The notes: a model not told the origin generated them from the sequence alone. Counted from the first letter of the stretch, positions 10,887 to 25,280 are shown. The stretch is DNA of 64,000 bases from Haliotis rufescens (GCF_023055435.1 NW_025963791.1:26350001-26414000); one strand, 5' to 3'. Made by a program: numbers and translations.

Positions 10887-13504
10887 CCTCCCATAGGGAT
10901 TCAAGGCTAGAAGCAGTCCCCAGCAACCCAATGCATGGGGCAAGAGGTGATAATGTATAGGATGGTCCCACTCGATGACTTGGTTGATAGCGTGTCATTG
11001 TATCCAACACAGGGTTCATTGCTCATAATAACATACACTAGATTGTCTGGTCCAGATCCAGAATTTTGAAAAAAAGGAAGGGCACATAATACCTTAATCA
11101 TAAGGTGACTTGACTGAGGGCGAGGTTAACATGTTAGGTGTCTGACAAAATGGGGGGCACCCATGCACCCCAACAAACACCACCTTCTCTGGATCCGCCA
11201 GTGAAACTACAAGCACACGCACAGTTCAGCATTTAAATGCCTTGATAATAAAAGGTACTCATGGTGGCTAGCAGAAAAAGATGCGAACACTTTCGTTCAA
11301 TGAAATCCTAAAGAACAGGCATGGTGCTGACAGACCAACTGCCTCAAATCTGGGATTCATACCAATAACAACTAAGGGACGTAACTCTGCACAGGGAACT
11401 TACAGTGTTGAAGACTACTGAGCCTTCAAGGATCGGATCACACTTCTGATTTCTAGGACAGAAGACTTACTGCATGGCACTTCATGCGAGTTGTTGACAA
11501 ACCAGCCACATCTTCATCCCACAACAGCTGCCATTCTGTGTGAGCCACCCACCACCTCAATCCCATCCTATGATTATTGGCTTCCTATGATATACACTTC
11601 TACATATCGAATTCATAGTCTAAGCATGAAACATGATATATTCAATTCCTGCTCAATCGTACATAACACAACACGCCTGTCCATATTCAGCAGATTCCAT
11701 TGATTATGAGGACTTAGTCTCTAAAAATGATAAACATACTCCAACTGTTAAGATGCTTAAGAAAAGCTGTTGTCAGTTGCTGATACTGCCAAATTTATCG
11801 TTGATGCCCTTTCCCATGCCTTATGTCTCCAATGAGTGGCCATAGTAGCTGAGTTACAACATATCTCAGTCATATAAAGACGAGGCCATGTCACACAACA
11901 TGACAGAACCTGTCAACATGGTAAAACATTCAGAAAACTATCACATTATTTGAACTAAAAATGAACTAGATCGAATGTGAAACGGGATTACTAAATACCA
12001 GTGAGCAACCAGGCTATAGACAACCAACAACCAAGTCATAACACTGTCTATTGACCACAAGAAACCAGAGACTCATAGGGGCTTAAAGTCAACAAAACAT
12101 TATGTATGAAAATCTTCCTTCCCCAGTATATGATTACAATGATACACATTTAAACAAGCTATGACGCTGAAGAAAGGAAATCAGTCTTGACACCAGTCCT
12201 AACTAACAGGCATCAATGCATAATCTCCCTGTGGTCACAGCAATGGCTGTGTCCCATGCACTGACTGTCAACTTAACACTGGTGATAGACAACAGCGGAG
12301 GCCCATAATTACTCATGCACTGTGTGACTGTAGTGTACATGAACCTGGTTGCTATTAACTAGTTGGTGGCATCAATGTGCCCAATGTCAGTGTTAGATGC
12401 AGCTGTCACTCAGTCTCATTAAAGCCAGATTTTTCACTATGACTCAATGCCAGTCTCCCACTTACAAACTCAACATAGGGGATCATAGACTTCCACAAGT
12501 CTCTGAGGCAATAATTATTAGTTTAAATCATAAGTTCTAGATTATGTTAGTAATAAGAACAAATTGTCCCTAAAAGAGACTTTAGTCCTGTCCACATATT
12601 TAGACTTGCCTATTAGGAGGATAGAATTACTACACATCCATGGACTTTTCTTTCAATACAGCCTTGGAGCAAGGCTAGGGAGGTCATAACAGGTTAACAT
12701 CAAAACATCAGTCACAGTTTTGTGAATAAATGTTGAAACATTTTCACTGATTTTTACTGACACAAGTTTAGCTCTTATCTATTGTTTGGCTTATTTTGGA
12801 TCATTTTCTGATCATTTTCACACAATACAAATAATATCATTCTGGTCCCTGAAACACAGACAATTGAAAGCCCCTGAACAATAATATCCACAAATTTAGT
12901 TCAAGAAACTCAGAGCATTGAAAAAGACTTATTGTTCTCTTAATCATGTTTATAGACATAAGAATTCAACTACAAACCTCCCAAGCTAATGTACAGTAGA
13001 CATGATTCTCATTTACATATCTGGTAACACATTATCCTTGGAGCCTTGGGCCATATAGTGTTCACACAATAGACATGCATAATCACACACCTTGGACATT
13101 TTAGCATGGCAACATTTGGCCTTCACGTGTTTAAGGTGCAAACACTCTCAGTGAAAATCCTTACAAGCACATGAACATTATGAAAACACAATGAGCTCAG
13201 TGTATTTCCAGTAGCTAGTTCAATCACAGTGTACTATTGTAACAAATACCCTTATAGATTTCTCTCACATTTCTTTCACAATATCAGTTCCATTGTCACC
13301 TAGCCGTGACTCCACTGTTTGTGAATCAAACAAAGTAAATTCAATTTCCTGGAAATTCAAAGTATACAAGAATATGTTTTGGCGTAGCTTGAAAAACAAG
13401 ATATAATTTGTTTTAGCCAATTTTTAACACCAAAAGTCTATTGACCTCTGAGTCTTTTCAGTATTTTGAAAGCGTAATAAGAAAAGTTCACTGAGTTGTA
13501 CCCA

Positions 13505-13771
13505 TATAGCAACCCATGCTTGCCGTTACAGGCGACTATGCTTGTCGTGAGTGGCGACTAACGGGATCGGGTGGTCAGGCTCACTGACTTGGTTGAAGCA
13601 TGTCATCGCTCCCAATTGCTAGGATCGATGCTCATTATATCTAGCACTTGATTGTTTGGCCCAGACTCGATTATTTACAGACCGTCATCATATAGCTGGA
13701 ATATTGCAGAGTGCAGCGTAAAACACCAAACCAACCAACCAACCAACCAACCAACCAACCAACCAACCAAC
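13505..13771 (+). mobile_element. SINE family B body and tail with (AACC)n microsatellite
   Basis: CCCATGCTTG..GACTAACGGGATCGGGTGGTCAGG..CCAGACTCGATTATTTACAGACCG..AATATTGC..(AACC)n; several homologous copies in the window. Confidence 0.75.
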
Positions 13772-15789
13772 ATTCTTGGTATTTCAACATGTTAGAGATG
13801 TTAAACATGATCTCAATTTATTGCTCATAACTAACTATGACTCATGGACTAAAGGAAAAAAACCACAAAAACAACTCTACACTTGCTTCATTTGGGGCTT
13901 TTGCATTACAGAGAGGGTTGGCGAAAGGGAAAATAATGTGGTTCAGGCACTGTGAGACAGACTATATTATGAGCAACGATTCACATCATCAGGGTATGAT
14001 GACACGCAATCACAGGGATTGATCCATGATTATAAAGTGTACCTGGCAAGCAGATTGGTGGAAAAATTGTAACTTTGTTCAAAATTAGGATTTTTTTAAA
14101 GTTCTTATTTTCTTAAATTCATAAAACTAAGCATTAAAACATCTTTCTATTTATTGGTCCTGTTATCAGTGAAATACACTGGTTACCTCTACAAAGCCAC
14201 AAAATTAGTTACTAGTCATATATATTAACATTAATTGGGAAATTTATAATGCCATTTGCTGCAGACTTAGGGCAAAATATCAGCCCTCTAAGCAGGTCTA
14301 GATAAATCAATCAAGTCTCCAAGGCCTATCACCCAAATCATTAAATCCCCTCTTCCGACACAGTCACGTCATGAAGCATCCATTGGATTTTGTAAGTGGG
14401 GAAGGCGAGGGCCACAAAACTATTTATTTCACTGAGCTGTAAACACCATCAAACAATCTATTCATTTTTACTATTAACATGATTAACACACAAAAAATGA
14501 CGTTAACATATTTCCAACAATAAAAACTACTTATATTTTTAACAATGCCAACAATCAGTTCATTTCGGGCATACTTCTGAATTAACTATTCGCTTAAAAA
14601 CTCTTCCTACTCCCATGAGTTATCAAAAGGATGCTCCCTTGTAAAGATAAAACTGTCAATTTCTTTGCTATCAGTAACAGTCTTTCTGAAGGGTGCTCAT
14701 ATGAATACACACATCAGAAAGTTAACAAGAATGTCTCACGTAGCTTGAAAATAACAGACTACTTACTGACACTGAACCACAGGGAAACTATGTACTCTTG
14801 TACAGGTCAAACAGACTCCCTGTGTGACACATTCCACACCTTGCTTTTAATATTCATACCATATCTGCCGTATACATGGTATAAGCACCCACTGACTAAT
14901 TTCTACACCAATCTGTAGGTAATGTTTTTAAGCACACCAATATAAAACCCAAACTCTGCGTAACAGCAGGGATGGAAGTTATCCAAGAACATCAACTAGC
15001 ATCAATAGTGATAACATATAGCAAATACATTGTATCCCACAAAATGTTTGAAATTCTCCTAGCCCTTAGGATACCGTTAACAGTACAAAAAATGGTCCAG
15101 TGGCTGCAGGCTAGCGCTAATTTCGTTTCCTGTAACAGTCCATATTTTCAGCAAACAGCAGTGCAGAATGGGTATATCTGCATAGTAACTTGCAACATTG
15201 TAGTCTCATAGACTTTCTAATAAGTGTGATCAAGAACGCTTGATCTCTGAAAAGAAATTTAATTCATCATAAATGGTTTCAATACGCACCCCCTTTGCTA
15301 ATTTTCTAAGCACTCTATGTGCTTAATATGTCAAAAGGTATCAAGTACTTTTTAATGAAATAAACTCACCGAAAGTCAGCCAAGGTGAAACTCAGTATGT
15401 GCTCCTGCACTGATCAGACTCAGTCAGTATCTATCCCTGATACATTCCACGCCCTGCCCTATTGATATCCAGCTAATTTCTAATGAGATTACCTCAATTA
15501 GTCAGCAGTACCACCCTGGGCTAGGTGTGACGATTGATCTCACTTCACAACAACCTGCTACTCCTCTTCCTGTTTTACCAGTGCGTGGCCACCAGCTAGT
15601 GTCCCTGGAGCACAATACAGTTATATGCCTGGAGACTGGTCATGGTCTAATGCCTACTTTCACTTGTAATTGTCACTCCAGATGTCCTGTTACATAATTG
15701 TACCGGAAAAGTGAGAAACTGCTTTGTGGAAAGAAAAGGACTTAACACTTATTCTATGAAAATATATAATTTTGATAGAATCAAAAAAC

Positions 15790-16100
15790 GCCATTTAAAT
15801 TGAAAAGGAGCCCCAGTGAACCTGAGGAAAATCTAGACTTGCTTCATTTAGGGCTTTTGCATTACAGAAAGAGCTGGGTGGAAGGGGAAAAAATGGTTCA
15901 GGGTCTATGAGACAAACTAAGGAGTAACTTGTAGCCAGGGTTCAACACAGAATGGGTGGGGTGTCAGAGGATTTTGCTGCACAAATGTACTGAAAGTAAT
16001 TACCTTCCCTTTTAGATTGTCATATTTTGGGGTTACCCTCCCACACAAAGAGCTGTGAGGAATGGAAAATAATGGTTCAGGGGCTATGAGACAGACCAAA
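15790..16100 (+). repeat. Dispersed repeat family (also about 26292-26490 on the minus strand and about 13885-13965), unclassified DNA-element end
   Basis: Shared GGGCTTTTGCATTACAGA..GGAAAA..TGGTTCAGG..GAGACAGAC. Confidence 0.6.
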
Positions 16101-17334
16101 AGAAAATTAAAATAAATGACCGGTTCCTAATACAGATAATATTTGGTGCATGTCACAATGAACCTATACCATGTTTACATTCCCAGCACATCGCTGGTGC
16201 CACACAGTGGTGATTGTATGAAACTGACTGACAATCATTGTGGGTCATAATTCAGGGCATACGATTATTTATAATTTCAAATGACAACAGCTGTTTTGTT
16301 GAATTATGTTTACATTGCAGCATAAATTGTACCAAATACAAAAGCAACCTTTCAGTCTGCTAACTTTCTATCTACATATAGCATTGGGGGGCGTCATCAC
16401 TCCTAAGGCTTATTATAATATCTGCATAATAGCCTGTTAGCCTGAAAAGAGAGTTACATTTCTTCTATTTTAAACCAGAGTATTTTATTTCTCATATAAC
16501 CCAGATTATTTATTTCTAATGTGAAGCAAGAGTAACCAATTTCTAGGGTTCGTAACTAACACAAATCTGCTAGTCCAAGACTAGTAAAATTCAGGAAGGA
16601 CTAGTAATAATTCCTTGTGGACTATCTGCCAATTTTGTGGACTAGTTTAAATATATATTAATTCCCTACTCTGATTTTTCATACAAAGCCAGAGTTAGTT
16701 GGATTGATGTGTTACAGTGATTACAAGGACAGGTATCGGGGCAAATCTGAGGTTCAAACACATGACATCAGTATAAAGAAGTGAGATAGTGAGTGTATCA
16801 CTATTACTGTAGTGTGTCAGCTAAATGTAGGAAACACAAAAGTGCCACATGTCATAGGTATTGACAGTACTGAGAATGGTGTTGCCAGACTTCAGCTTTA
16901 CAAGAGGAGGAGGACTAATAAAGTAACTATAACTGCTACATCATCACATAATCATTCTGTAAAATCCTGCTGGAACCAAACAAACCTCATCATGCTCATA
17001 AGACCATCAGACTAGGGGAACATGTGGTGCAGCAATAAACACTACACCTACATACCAGTATTCCTTAATAAACTCAAACAGTGAAACCAAATATTATCAA
17101 ATGAACGGCACGCCAAGCAATGATGTTATCTTCCGATACTTAATGCACCATCCCATTGTCAAATTGTGTTATACAATGCTGTAGATTGTACAAGCACATT
17201 TAGCAATTTGAGGCCTCGTGACGAGCAATGATAGTCAACCATGGTGACAGGGCAAACCACATCCTGCTATACCTGTGTTATGTATTATAGCTACTTCCTG
17301 TTTTTCTTTCAAAGTAAAGATCACAAATGATATT

Positions 17335-17863
17335 AATCAATTATAATCAGATCTTAGTGCTTGTTACCGCACTACAAAGACCCCAGGACATCCTATTACT
17401 GGTCACGTGAGAACGGCCTTTCACCCACTTTGACCTACCTATGGAATGACTAACAAAAAGCCAACATTAACCAATCATAAAGCAGCTTTCTTGACCCTTA
17501 CAACACTAGCTTTGAACTGTCGACTTCCGTGCCAGACTATGGTTTGATTGAAAATTCAAAAACTGAACGAAAGAAAATTCTGGAATATGCAACTGATAGC
17601 AGAGATTGCATGGCAGTCCTTCCCACAGGCAATGGAAAGTCTCTTCCATTTCAAATGTTTATCCCATTAAAGCAAGACGAAGATTTTTATGGAATCAGTT
17701 GTATAACGTGATACTTTCGTTCAGAATACCAGTGTTAGCCCTTCAAGACACATTCTGATTGTCTCCCGACACTCAGATTGGTTGAACGATAAACCTGTAA
17801 TGGGATGTCCCCAGATCTTTGTTTAGCAGAAGTGATAACTAAGATCTAAGTTTATTGACAATG
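17335..17863 (+). mobile_element. Older, diverged AcademH-like copy retaining RecQ helicase motif I
   Basis: Degenerate TIRs (aatcagatcttagt...actaagatct); ORF 17529-17711 KKILEYATDSRDCMAVLPTGNGKSLPFQ. Confidence 0.7.
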
Positions 17864-18223
17864 TACATTCATAAGCATTATTTCAGACAAATTGGATATG
17901 TTTTTTATCGTTATTAAATATGGCACATTATTATTCCTAACTGTAAACTTGTCCTAACAACCCAAACAATCATAAAGTTCCTCCAGATAGGAACATGAGG
18001 AACTGAGTATGACCATATCTTGTCCCATACCCAATATTGCCGTAATCATATCACGTTTCAGTAAGCATGGTCAGCAAGCAGTGTGAAAAAACTTAATTCA
18101 CTGAGAGAGCTGTATATCATGTATATTGTACCTCAATTTCTATTTCTGAACTTTATCCTGCTTATTACTCTTAGATTTCATGCAAATAATTTTATCCACA
18201 TGCTAGAGGGATGAAACCTAATA

Positions 18224-18395
18224 CAGTAAACTACGTTTATAACGAATACGCTTATAACAAACTGACGGATATAACCAACTTTTTTTGTTGTCCCAACCAT
18301 TTGCTATACATGTGATGTATATATGCATATTACGAACTACGGTTATACCGAACAATTAGCGGCCCCTTTCAGTTTGTTATAACCGTAGTTTACTT
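18224..18395. mobile_element. Tigger/pogo-like MITE
   Basis: TA|CAGTAAACTACG.TTATAAC ... GTTATAACCGTAGTTTACT; related end fragment at about 37236-37270. Confidence 0.6.
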
Positions 18396-20077
18396 CACGT
18401 TGTATGTAGGGTCAGCAGCAGAAAATATTCTGTCATTTCTGAGGACTCCAAGAAGGAGTTGTTTACCCAGCAACTGCATGAAAGTTTACTTTCACAGTGT
18501 CAGCGACTCCAAAGTTCACATCTGAGTTTTATCTATCACCCAGTGAGATGGGGGGTAAACTGACAAGGCTAGTGAACCAAGTCTGTGGTCTAACAACACC
18601 TACACAATAAACAAATGACAAACATGATAGTAGTAAATTCAACTTTCACAAACTCATGACGACTAGCAAACAAACCGTAACAATTTCCTGATACACATGT
18701 TGCATATATTTGCTTTATTACATTGTGGACACATTTCATTTTGTATTACTTATAAAGAAGGAGAACCTGAAATGTGACTGGCTGCTTTGAATGGTTTATC
18801 GTATTTAAAGGATCATGCTATTATATGCTTAGAGATTATCTTATCAAAGTCGTGAGCCTAAATCAATTGACACTGCAGTGTCCACATGTGCAGAAATCAG
18901 TGACAAAACTGATAACCATGATAGCAGGTCAAATCATGTGTACTTCAACATGTACAACATGAAAGAGTTTGTTCTTTACTGCCATTTAGCTACTTTGTCT
19001 TGAGTGAGTGAGTGAGTATGGTTTTAGCAATATTTCAGCAATATCACGGCGGGGGACACCAGAAATGCACTTTGTCTTGAACATGCACAATCAGTTTGGA
19101 CCTCCAGAATACCAATTTTCCATGGCCTTTTTTGTTCATTATTCTGACGAAATATGACACAAACACACATCATCATTTAATTTCCAATCCTGACTTTCCT
19201 GCATACTGATTTTACCATGCTCCACGCAAAGACATCTATAAAATGTCACAATTTTGTTAGGTCTTAAGGAAAAATTAAGTATGGTCCCTGTCTGTATTTG
19301 CACTGTAAGATGTTCAGAGATTGATTCTTTCTATGATTTATTCTAATGAATCATCGTAACTGGTAGTTGAAATGCCAAGGTGACAAAAAAAGTCAGGTTC
19401 AGCAGTTTGATGAAGTATTGCTCATTATTGAGACTTAGATAATATTTATCATAGAAAATCATAGACAGTAACGGATACAGTGTTTCTGAGTGGTTTATTT
19501 CTTGGGACACTGACTGAATATAACCCAAAATATCCTGAAGAGTTTATTCAAATGTGAATGATATAGAAGAATGTCCTATCAGAATTTGATTATGACACTG
19601 TCCTGATGACATTGTCTCCACCAAGAAAACTTATTACTGTCAAACACTTGATAAACCGACAGTACGTTTGTCTTTGGAGACTGGGGCCCCATGGTTAAAC
19701 ATGTGAAACTGTTGCCTCGTTCTACCAGGGCCCCAGGTATGATTCCTCACCGGAGTACAATCAGTACAGTGTGAGAAATCCATCTTTGATACCCACTGCC
19801 ATGATATGGCTGGAGTAATGCTAAACCCTTCATGATGTTTAATATGAAAGAATATTGCATAAAAAATGAGTTACTTCTAGCAAAAGTACAGCCATGTCTT
19901 GGTAGGGATCCTGAGAATTCGTTTCACACATTGGATTCTAGTCTAAAAAGATTTAGTCTCAGAAAAATGTTATCTTATTTACTAATACATGTATATCTAC
20001 AAAATAAAGTATAGAATCCAAATGGAGCCCAGAACAATGCTTAATTGGGATATAAACATACTGTGAACATGGTGAAC

Positions 20078-20206
20078 TCAATGTAGAGCTAGGTTACTTG
20101 TAGATTTAACCGCACTAAATTGAATTTGGAACCGAATGGGCAACGTGAGGTTTGAAATGTTAAATTTAATGCGGTTAAATCTACATGTGACCTAGCTCTA
20201 CATTGA
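20078..20206. repeat. Inverted repeat with about 44-bp arms and about 40-bp spacer
   Basis: TCAATGTAGAGCTAGGTTACTTGTAGATTTAACCGCA / TGCGGTTAAATCTACATGTGACCTAGCTCTACATTGA. Confidence 0.85.
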
Positions 20207-23200
20207 AAACACAGTAAGTTTATCTCCATTCTACCATGACTAAATAAAATGCGAACTCTTTGATGTCAGCAAATATAATGAGTGAAGCGGCATGGGTTGA
20301 GTCCAATGTCCAATGATCTGAATTACAGAATCACCGACAACAGCATGTAAACAAAATATGGCGCTGCATATGCTCAAGCAGTTTGTTTACACTGTAGTAC
20401 TTCACTCGAACATATGACAGGCTTTGAAAGTCATATATAAGCACGGCTACTTGGTAAGCTAACATGAGCTTGGCATCCCTAAAAAAAAAAATAAGCAAGC
20501 CTTATATTGCTGATTGTGACTTAAAAAATATGACGTCACAGTCGTATAAAGAGAAGCGCCAAATACCAAGTTCTCTGTTGTCCCCAAAACTAAAATACAT
20601 TGTCTTTAAAGATTTCTATCGTGTGTTCTGCACGAAATGTATTGTCACACATCCTTTGAATATTGTTGTAACCGCAACTTTTCACTTTGTAACCTGTAAT
20701 TGCAGATATAATTATTTAAATATGCCTACCGACAATGACTGAAAAAAAAGTACTATTCTATGAATATTGGCTTCCGTGGTGATGTGGCAATCCTTCAAGA
20801 GGAAATCTAGACTTCATTCTAGACTTTTAGCTGGGTTCATTTCTTAATTAATTCTATAGGGTCTTGATCCATATGGACAATCTAGCCTACAGCTTCTGCA
20901 TGATGATCAAAACAATGTAACCACCAGACTGTCAATGCTCTTGTGAAACCTCAAAAACAAAAAATCAACATTTTGAGACTATTTGATAACATAGCAAACA
21001 TCACCACCAATCCTGGCCAGCACTCCCTGATAACACAGGGGAAACTCAACTGTGACCAGATTTATGACTATCTTCCTATAACTAGCTAAATCTAAGCATG
21101 TTCAACAGTCCAGCCTGCCCTATAAAACCTTGATTGAATTTTACAGGAGTCAATACAGACAGGTACAATGGGACAGATTATATACAGCCTAGGGCAGAGA
21201 GTACAGCAGTGCCCAGAGAAGGGGGAAGTATACATCCTGTACACAGGGCCTGGCAATAACAATGAAGTATCATGATATTGCATCCTTGTTATTTCCTCTA
21301 AAATCGACATTGTACTGTAAAGTAATCTCCAGTTATTTTGCTAGAGACAAGACAACATTTTCATGATAATATCAACTTTGGATGGCATTTCTCTGTGTCA
21401 AATTTGAAAATAAAACTCTTTAGGGCATTTTAAATGACAGTCAGTAAATGTCTCACAAAGTTTACTGATCTGAGCCCAAAATCTTATAAAAAAACTACAA
21501 GCAGTAACCAAACATGTTAAACTTTATAACACGCAAATACAATCTTGGTGATCATGTACTCAGCCATGGCCTGCAGCTTCTATGAATTTCAATCACAAAA
21601 AGACAAACCATTCAAGAAGTCAGCTTCAGTTTTAACTCCATGGCAGAATGACTTTCAAATCCATCCATCTATACATGACTGACATAGCTACCGGGTATTT
21701 TTTGTTGACCGACCTTATGTGCAAAAGTTGGAAGAAATCCGGGAAACAAAACAAAAAGGTGCCCCCCGAAAGAAAAGTCTGGAAATACTGAAATAAGGAT
21801 CACAAAAAGCGACAAGGCTGAAAATAAACCCTCCCAAAAAACAAACAATTCCCTCGGTCCATGACATGTACAATTAGTTTACTGATATTACTGACAAGTA
21901 GGCACATTTTGTTGAGCTACTTAATATACAATAGTGTTCCTTGTGAAAGTCACAAGGTCTTACAACAGAAAAACATGTCAGTGCTTGGGTATGTCACAAC
22001 TGCTGCTGGCAACCAACCAAGAACAATACTGTTAACCTCATAAATGTCATAATTATATCGTTATATAAGTGGAATAATTTTGACCAAAGCGTAATCACAT
22101 CACGCCACCTCATAATTACACTGGCATATTCTGTTGGAGCAATCTCGTTTCTGAACTGATTGTATCACTATCTATAACAGAAAACAAACACCCTTCTTTG
22201 TCCTTTTGATATGGGACCAAACACATTCAGCCATATATAAATATAAATTTACTGTTTTTTAGATTATTTGCTCCCACTTTTACTTTTTGTGGTGTCCACA
22301 ATTAAAACAGAGCACCCCTATTACATAACGTTAGAAAGGTCTTACAAGGGTAAAGAAAGACAAGGAAATACATAAAACAGAATGTTCTCCTAAACAGACA
22401 TCATCACAACATGTTCACTGACTAACACAATGGTACATGCATAGCTGGCTATTCTGGGGGCTATGATTTCAAGTTCATTATGACCAAAATGACACTAATG
22501 GCAGCAACAGCCTACGTTCGAGGATGTGACCGATATCACAATAAAACAGATACACAGCACAGTAAGTGTTAATGTCAGTCTTACCACATAGCTATATAAT
22601 ACTGCAAATCACAATTTTGCAATGATACACATCATACCTAAACAAATGGCACAGTAAGGAGCTAAAATGACATGTTCAAGATGGCTGTTGTGGCAGCCAT
22701 CAGATCCAATTTCTCTGAGTAATGTTTGGAGACACCATCAAATTATTCATGCAAACCAGCAAAACAGGTGTTGCAGTTTCAGAGATGTTGAATATGCAAT
22801 ACTGTGTAGTTAATGATGGGTGGACAAATAGACAGACATGCCACGATATAACCTTGGACCTACATAAACCTTTGTATAGGTCTGTGACATAACATTGGTT
22901 GACTTTCGGTCAGGTGAGCTAAAATCAGTCTGTTGAGGTAAAAGCTCTTGCCTTATATGACAAAAAACAAGCTCATTATAAGTCTTGACAAGAACATGAC
23001 ATCCTGCTTTATATTAGTTTCATACATTTTCTCTACATGTTGTAAGACTACAGACTGACCCAGGATCTGATGTGATTTGTTACAATGTTATTTACACTCA
23101 GCTAGATCCTGTTTGGCAGGTAGACAGACGGACCCCTACACGGGTACACTCCCTTCTCTAGAGTCCCATCAAACAGTGGGCTCTGTTTACACTGTTAGGT

Positions 23201-23340
23201 AAGCATTACATTGCATAACAGTGTACCAGACATCCTGTTCCTCGATGTTAGCAGTGTGTCACTGTAAACAGTTTTCTTTCAAAGAAATTGATTTTTTATC
23301 TGATCTAGGTATACTTTATATATATTGAAGAATGCAATTA

Positions 23341-23676
23341 CTGTATTCGACGTAATAAGCGCCCCGCTCTAATAAGCGCCCACGACGACATTTGCTAATA
23401 TATTGGCTGTGAACAATCCCAATTAGCACCCCTTCTGATTGATCAATGTGCACAAGACTTATTTATTCACGTATAATACGCTCTCATGTGTTATATGCAC
23501 CCTTAATTATGGGCCATTAAATTCTGGAAAAATATATCTGCCGTACATAAACACTTCAGCATAAACCACGAAATTTATCTTTCAACTCTGTTTTTTTCAC
23601 CAAAATAATATTCTAATAAGAGCCCCCTATTTCTAATTTTGAGAGCTCCCTGGGCGCTTATTACATCGCAATACGG
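23341..23676. mobile_element. Tc1/mariner (pogo-like) MITE, same family as 7889-8232
   Basis: TA flanks, TIRs, colinear internal sequence. Confidence 0.8.
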
Positions 23677-25188
23677 TATGTCTCAATCAAAAGACTGACC
23701 TTGTAACTTCTTTTAGAGTAAATCATGACAAAATGACTCACTATATATTCCTTTCAAGAGTCGTGGGCATTCAGGGTATGTATCAGGTATACCCATGCTT
23801 GTCATAGGGCTGACTAAAGTGGGTGTGGGACTATGCTCATGCTATCTAACACTGGTCTGCCTGGCCATGATTGTATTACTTACAGCTGGAATATTGCTGA
23901 CTGTAGCAAATGAAAAACATCCACTCACTCTTTTCAGAAGAGTGGTGTCAGATTGCATTCTTCCAGTTATTTCACAATTAACATATAATTGATCCCATAT
24001 CAGATGAACATAGCTTTTATACTTTCATAATACATGTATCATGATGATAAAACTGAGGATTATTAAGTGTACCAGTATACAAAAAAATATGCCTTAGATA
24101 TTTCGAACAAGATAAATCATATATTACAAGTGTCTCAGCACCATACGTTTGGAGGAAATTATTAAAATTCTTTTTATCATGTAGGGTAGTGGGTGTATGA
24201 CATATCCTGGATTTCAAGTATTTTTGTCACTTGACATGATACACCTTCATGACATCTTAACATATCTTATCTGTACAGTGAAGTTCGTAAACTCAGACTT
24301 AACAGGTACACAGTTTTGGTCATAACCACTAGCCCACAATGTATTTTTTAACTTTGTGGTTCATGTAAAATAACAACAGGATGCGAAACAAGTACGAGTC
24401 CCTCAAAATGTTCACTAGTTAGTGGCTGTGTCTACCCCTAGTCTTTATATATATTATTTGGTGCCTTTTGTTATGTAGTTTGGGTAATCAAAGGGACAAC
24501 CAAACTCTATCAATAGATATAAAACGTCCTTTTATTTCTATGGGAACATCTCAGCATAGATATTAGATCTTTGTCAACAGACAAACTATTCTGAAGCATT
24601 GCCATAGCAATAAAAGGAAATTGCTATCCATAAAACTTGTCAGGGAGTCTAAGACTGCAAAGTTTTAAATATCCATAAAATAACCCAGCTGGAATGGATT
24701 ATAAAAATAAATATATGAGACCAATAACTATTAACTTGAGAATACATGCCAGGATTGCACACTGTTCAGATCCCAGCCATTAACAGTGCTAAGTTACTTT
24801 TACTGTAGTTTGGATTTATATGATCACCTGATTGATCTAAGGATAATACCTAGAGACCAGTCATAGCTATACCACACATACCAAACAAAAAGTCTTGGTT
24901 GTATTTATCGTGACAGACCTTTTAACTGAACCCGTAGAATATGAAAGTAGATTTTACCTATTGCCGACTAGATGTATTTATTCAATGCATCCTGTGACGC
25001 TTGTGACATTTACCGACCCGCTGACAGGAAGGAAGATATTATTAATATTTCTTTTTAGCAGTACATTTACCTACAATAACCAACGAGATTAATATTATTT
25101 CATATAGGTTTACTGAAAATATATATAATGATACGAACTGCTGGTAAATATGGGTGAGAAACTTCAAGTTAATTCAGTCCACACCTAC

Positions 25189-25280
25189 CTTCCGACTGCT
25201 GAAGCCGAAGTGTGTCGATCATGTGACCGGACTAGTCACATGGCACTTGTTGCTCTCCGTATGTGACGTCACATGCAAAA
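25189..25280 (-). promoter_or_regulatory. Candidate ATP6V0A promoter plus short non-coding first exon (donor ggaag|gtaggt, exon ends 25189) with three MiT/TFE-type E-boxes
   Basis: TCATGTGAC 25219-25227, GTCACATG 25235-25242, palindrome ATGTGACGTCACAT 25261-25274 (CRE overlapping GTCACATG); local CpG enrichment; strong donor facing the acceptor at 7550. Confidence 0.6.

Noticed and set aside
11633-11845. Penelope-like RT remnant (SIPAQSYITQ..YS..DYEDLV)
   Set aside because: Resemblance is too weak to support without a profile search.
17529-17711. Host RecQ helicase gene exon
   Set aside because: Lies between transposon TIRs, stops right after motif I and has no further helicase exons nearby.
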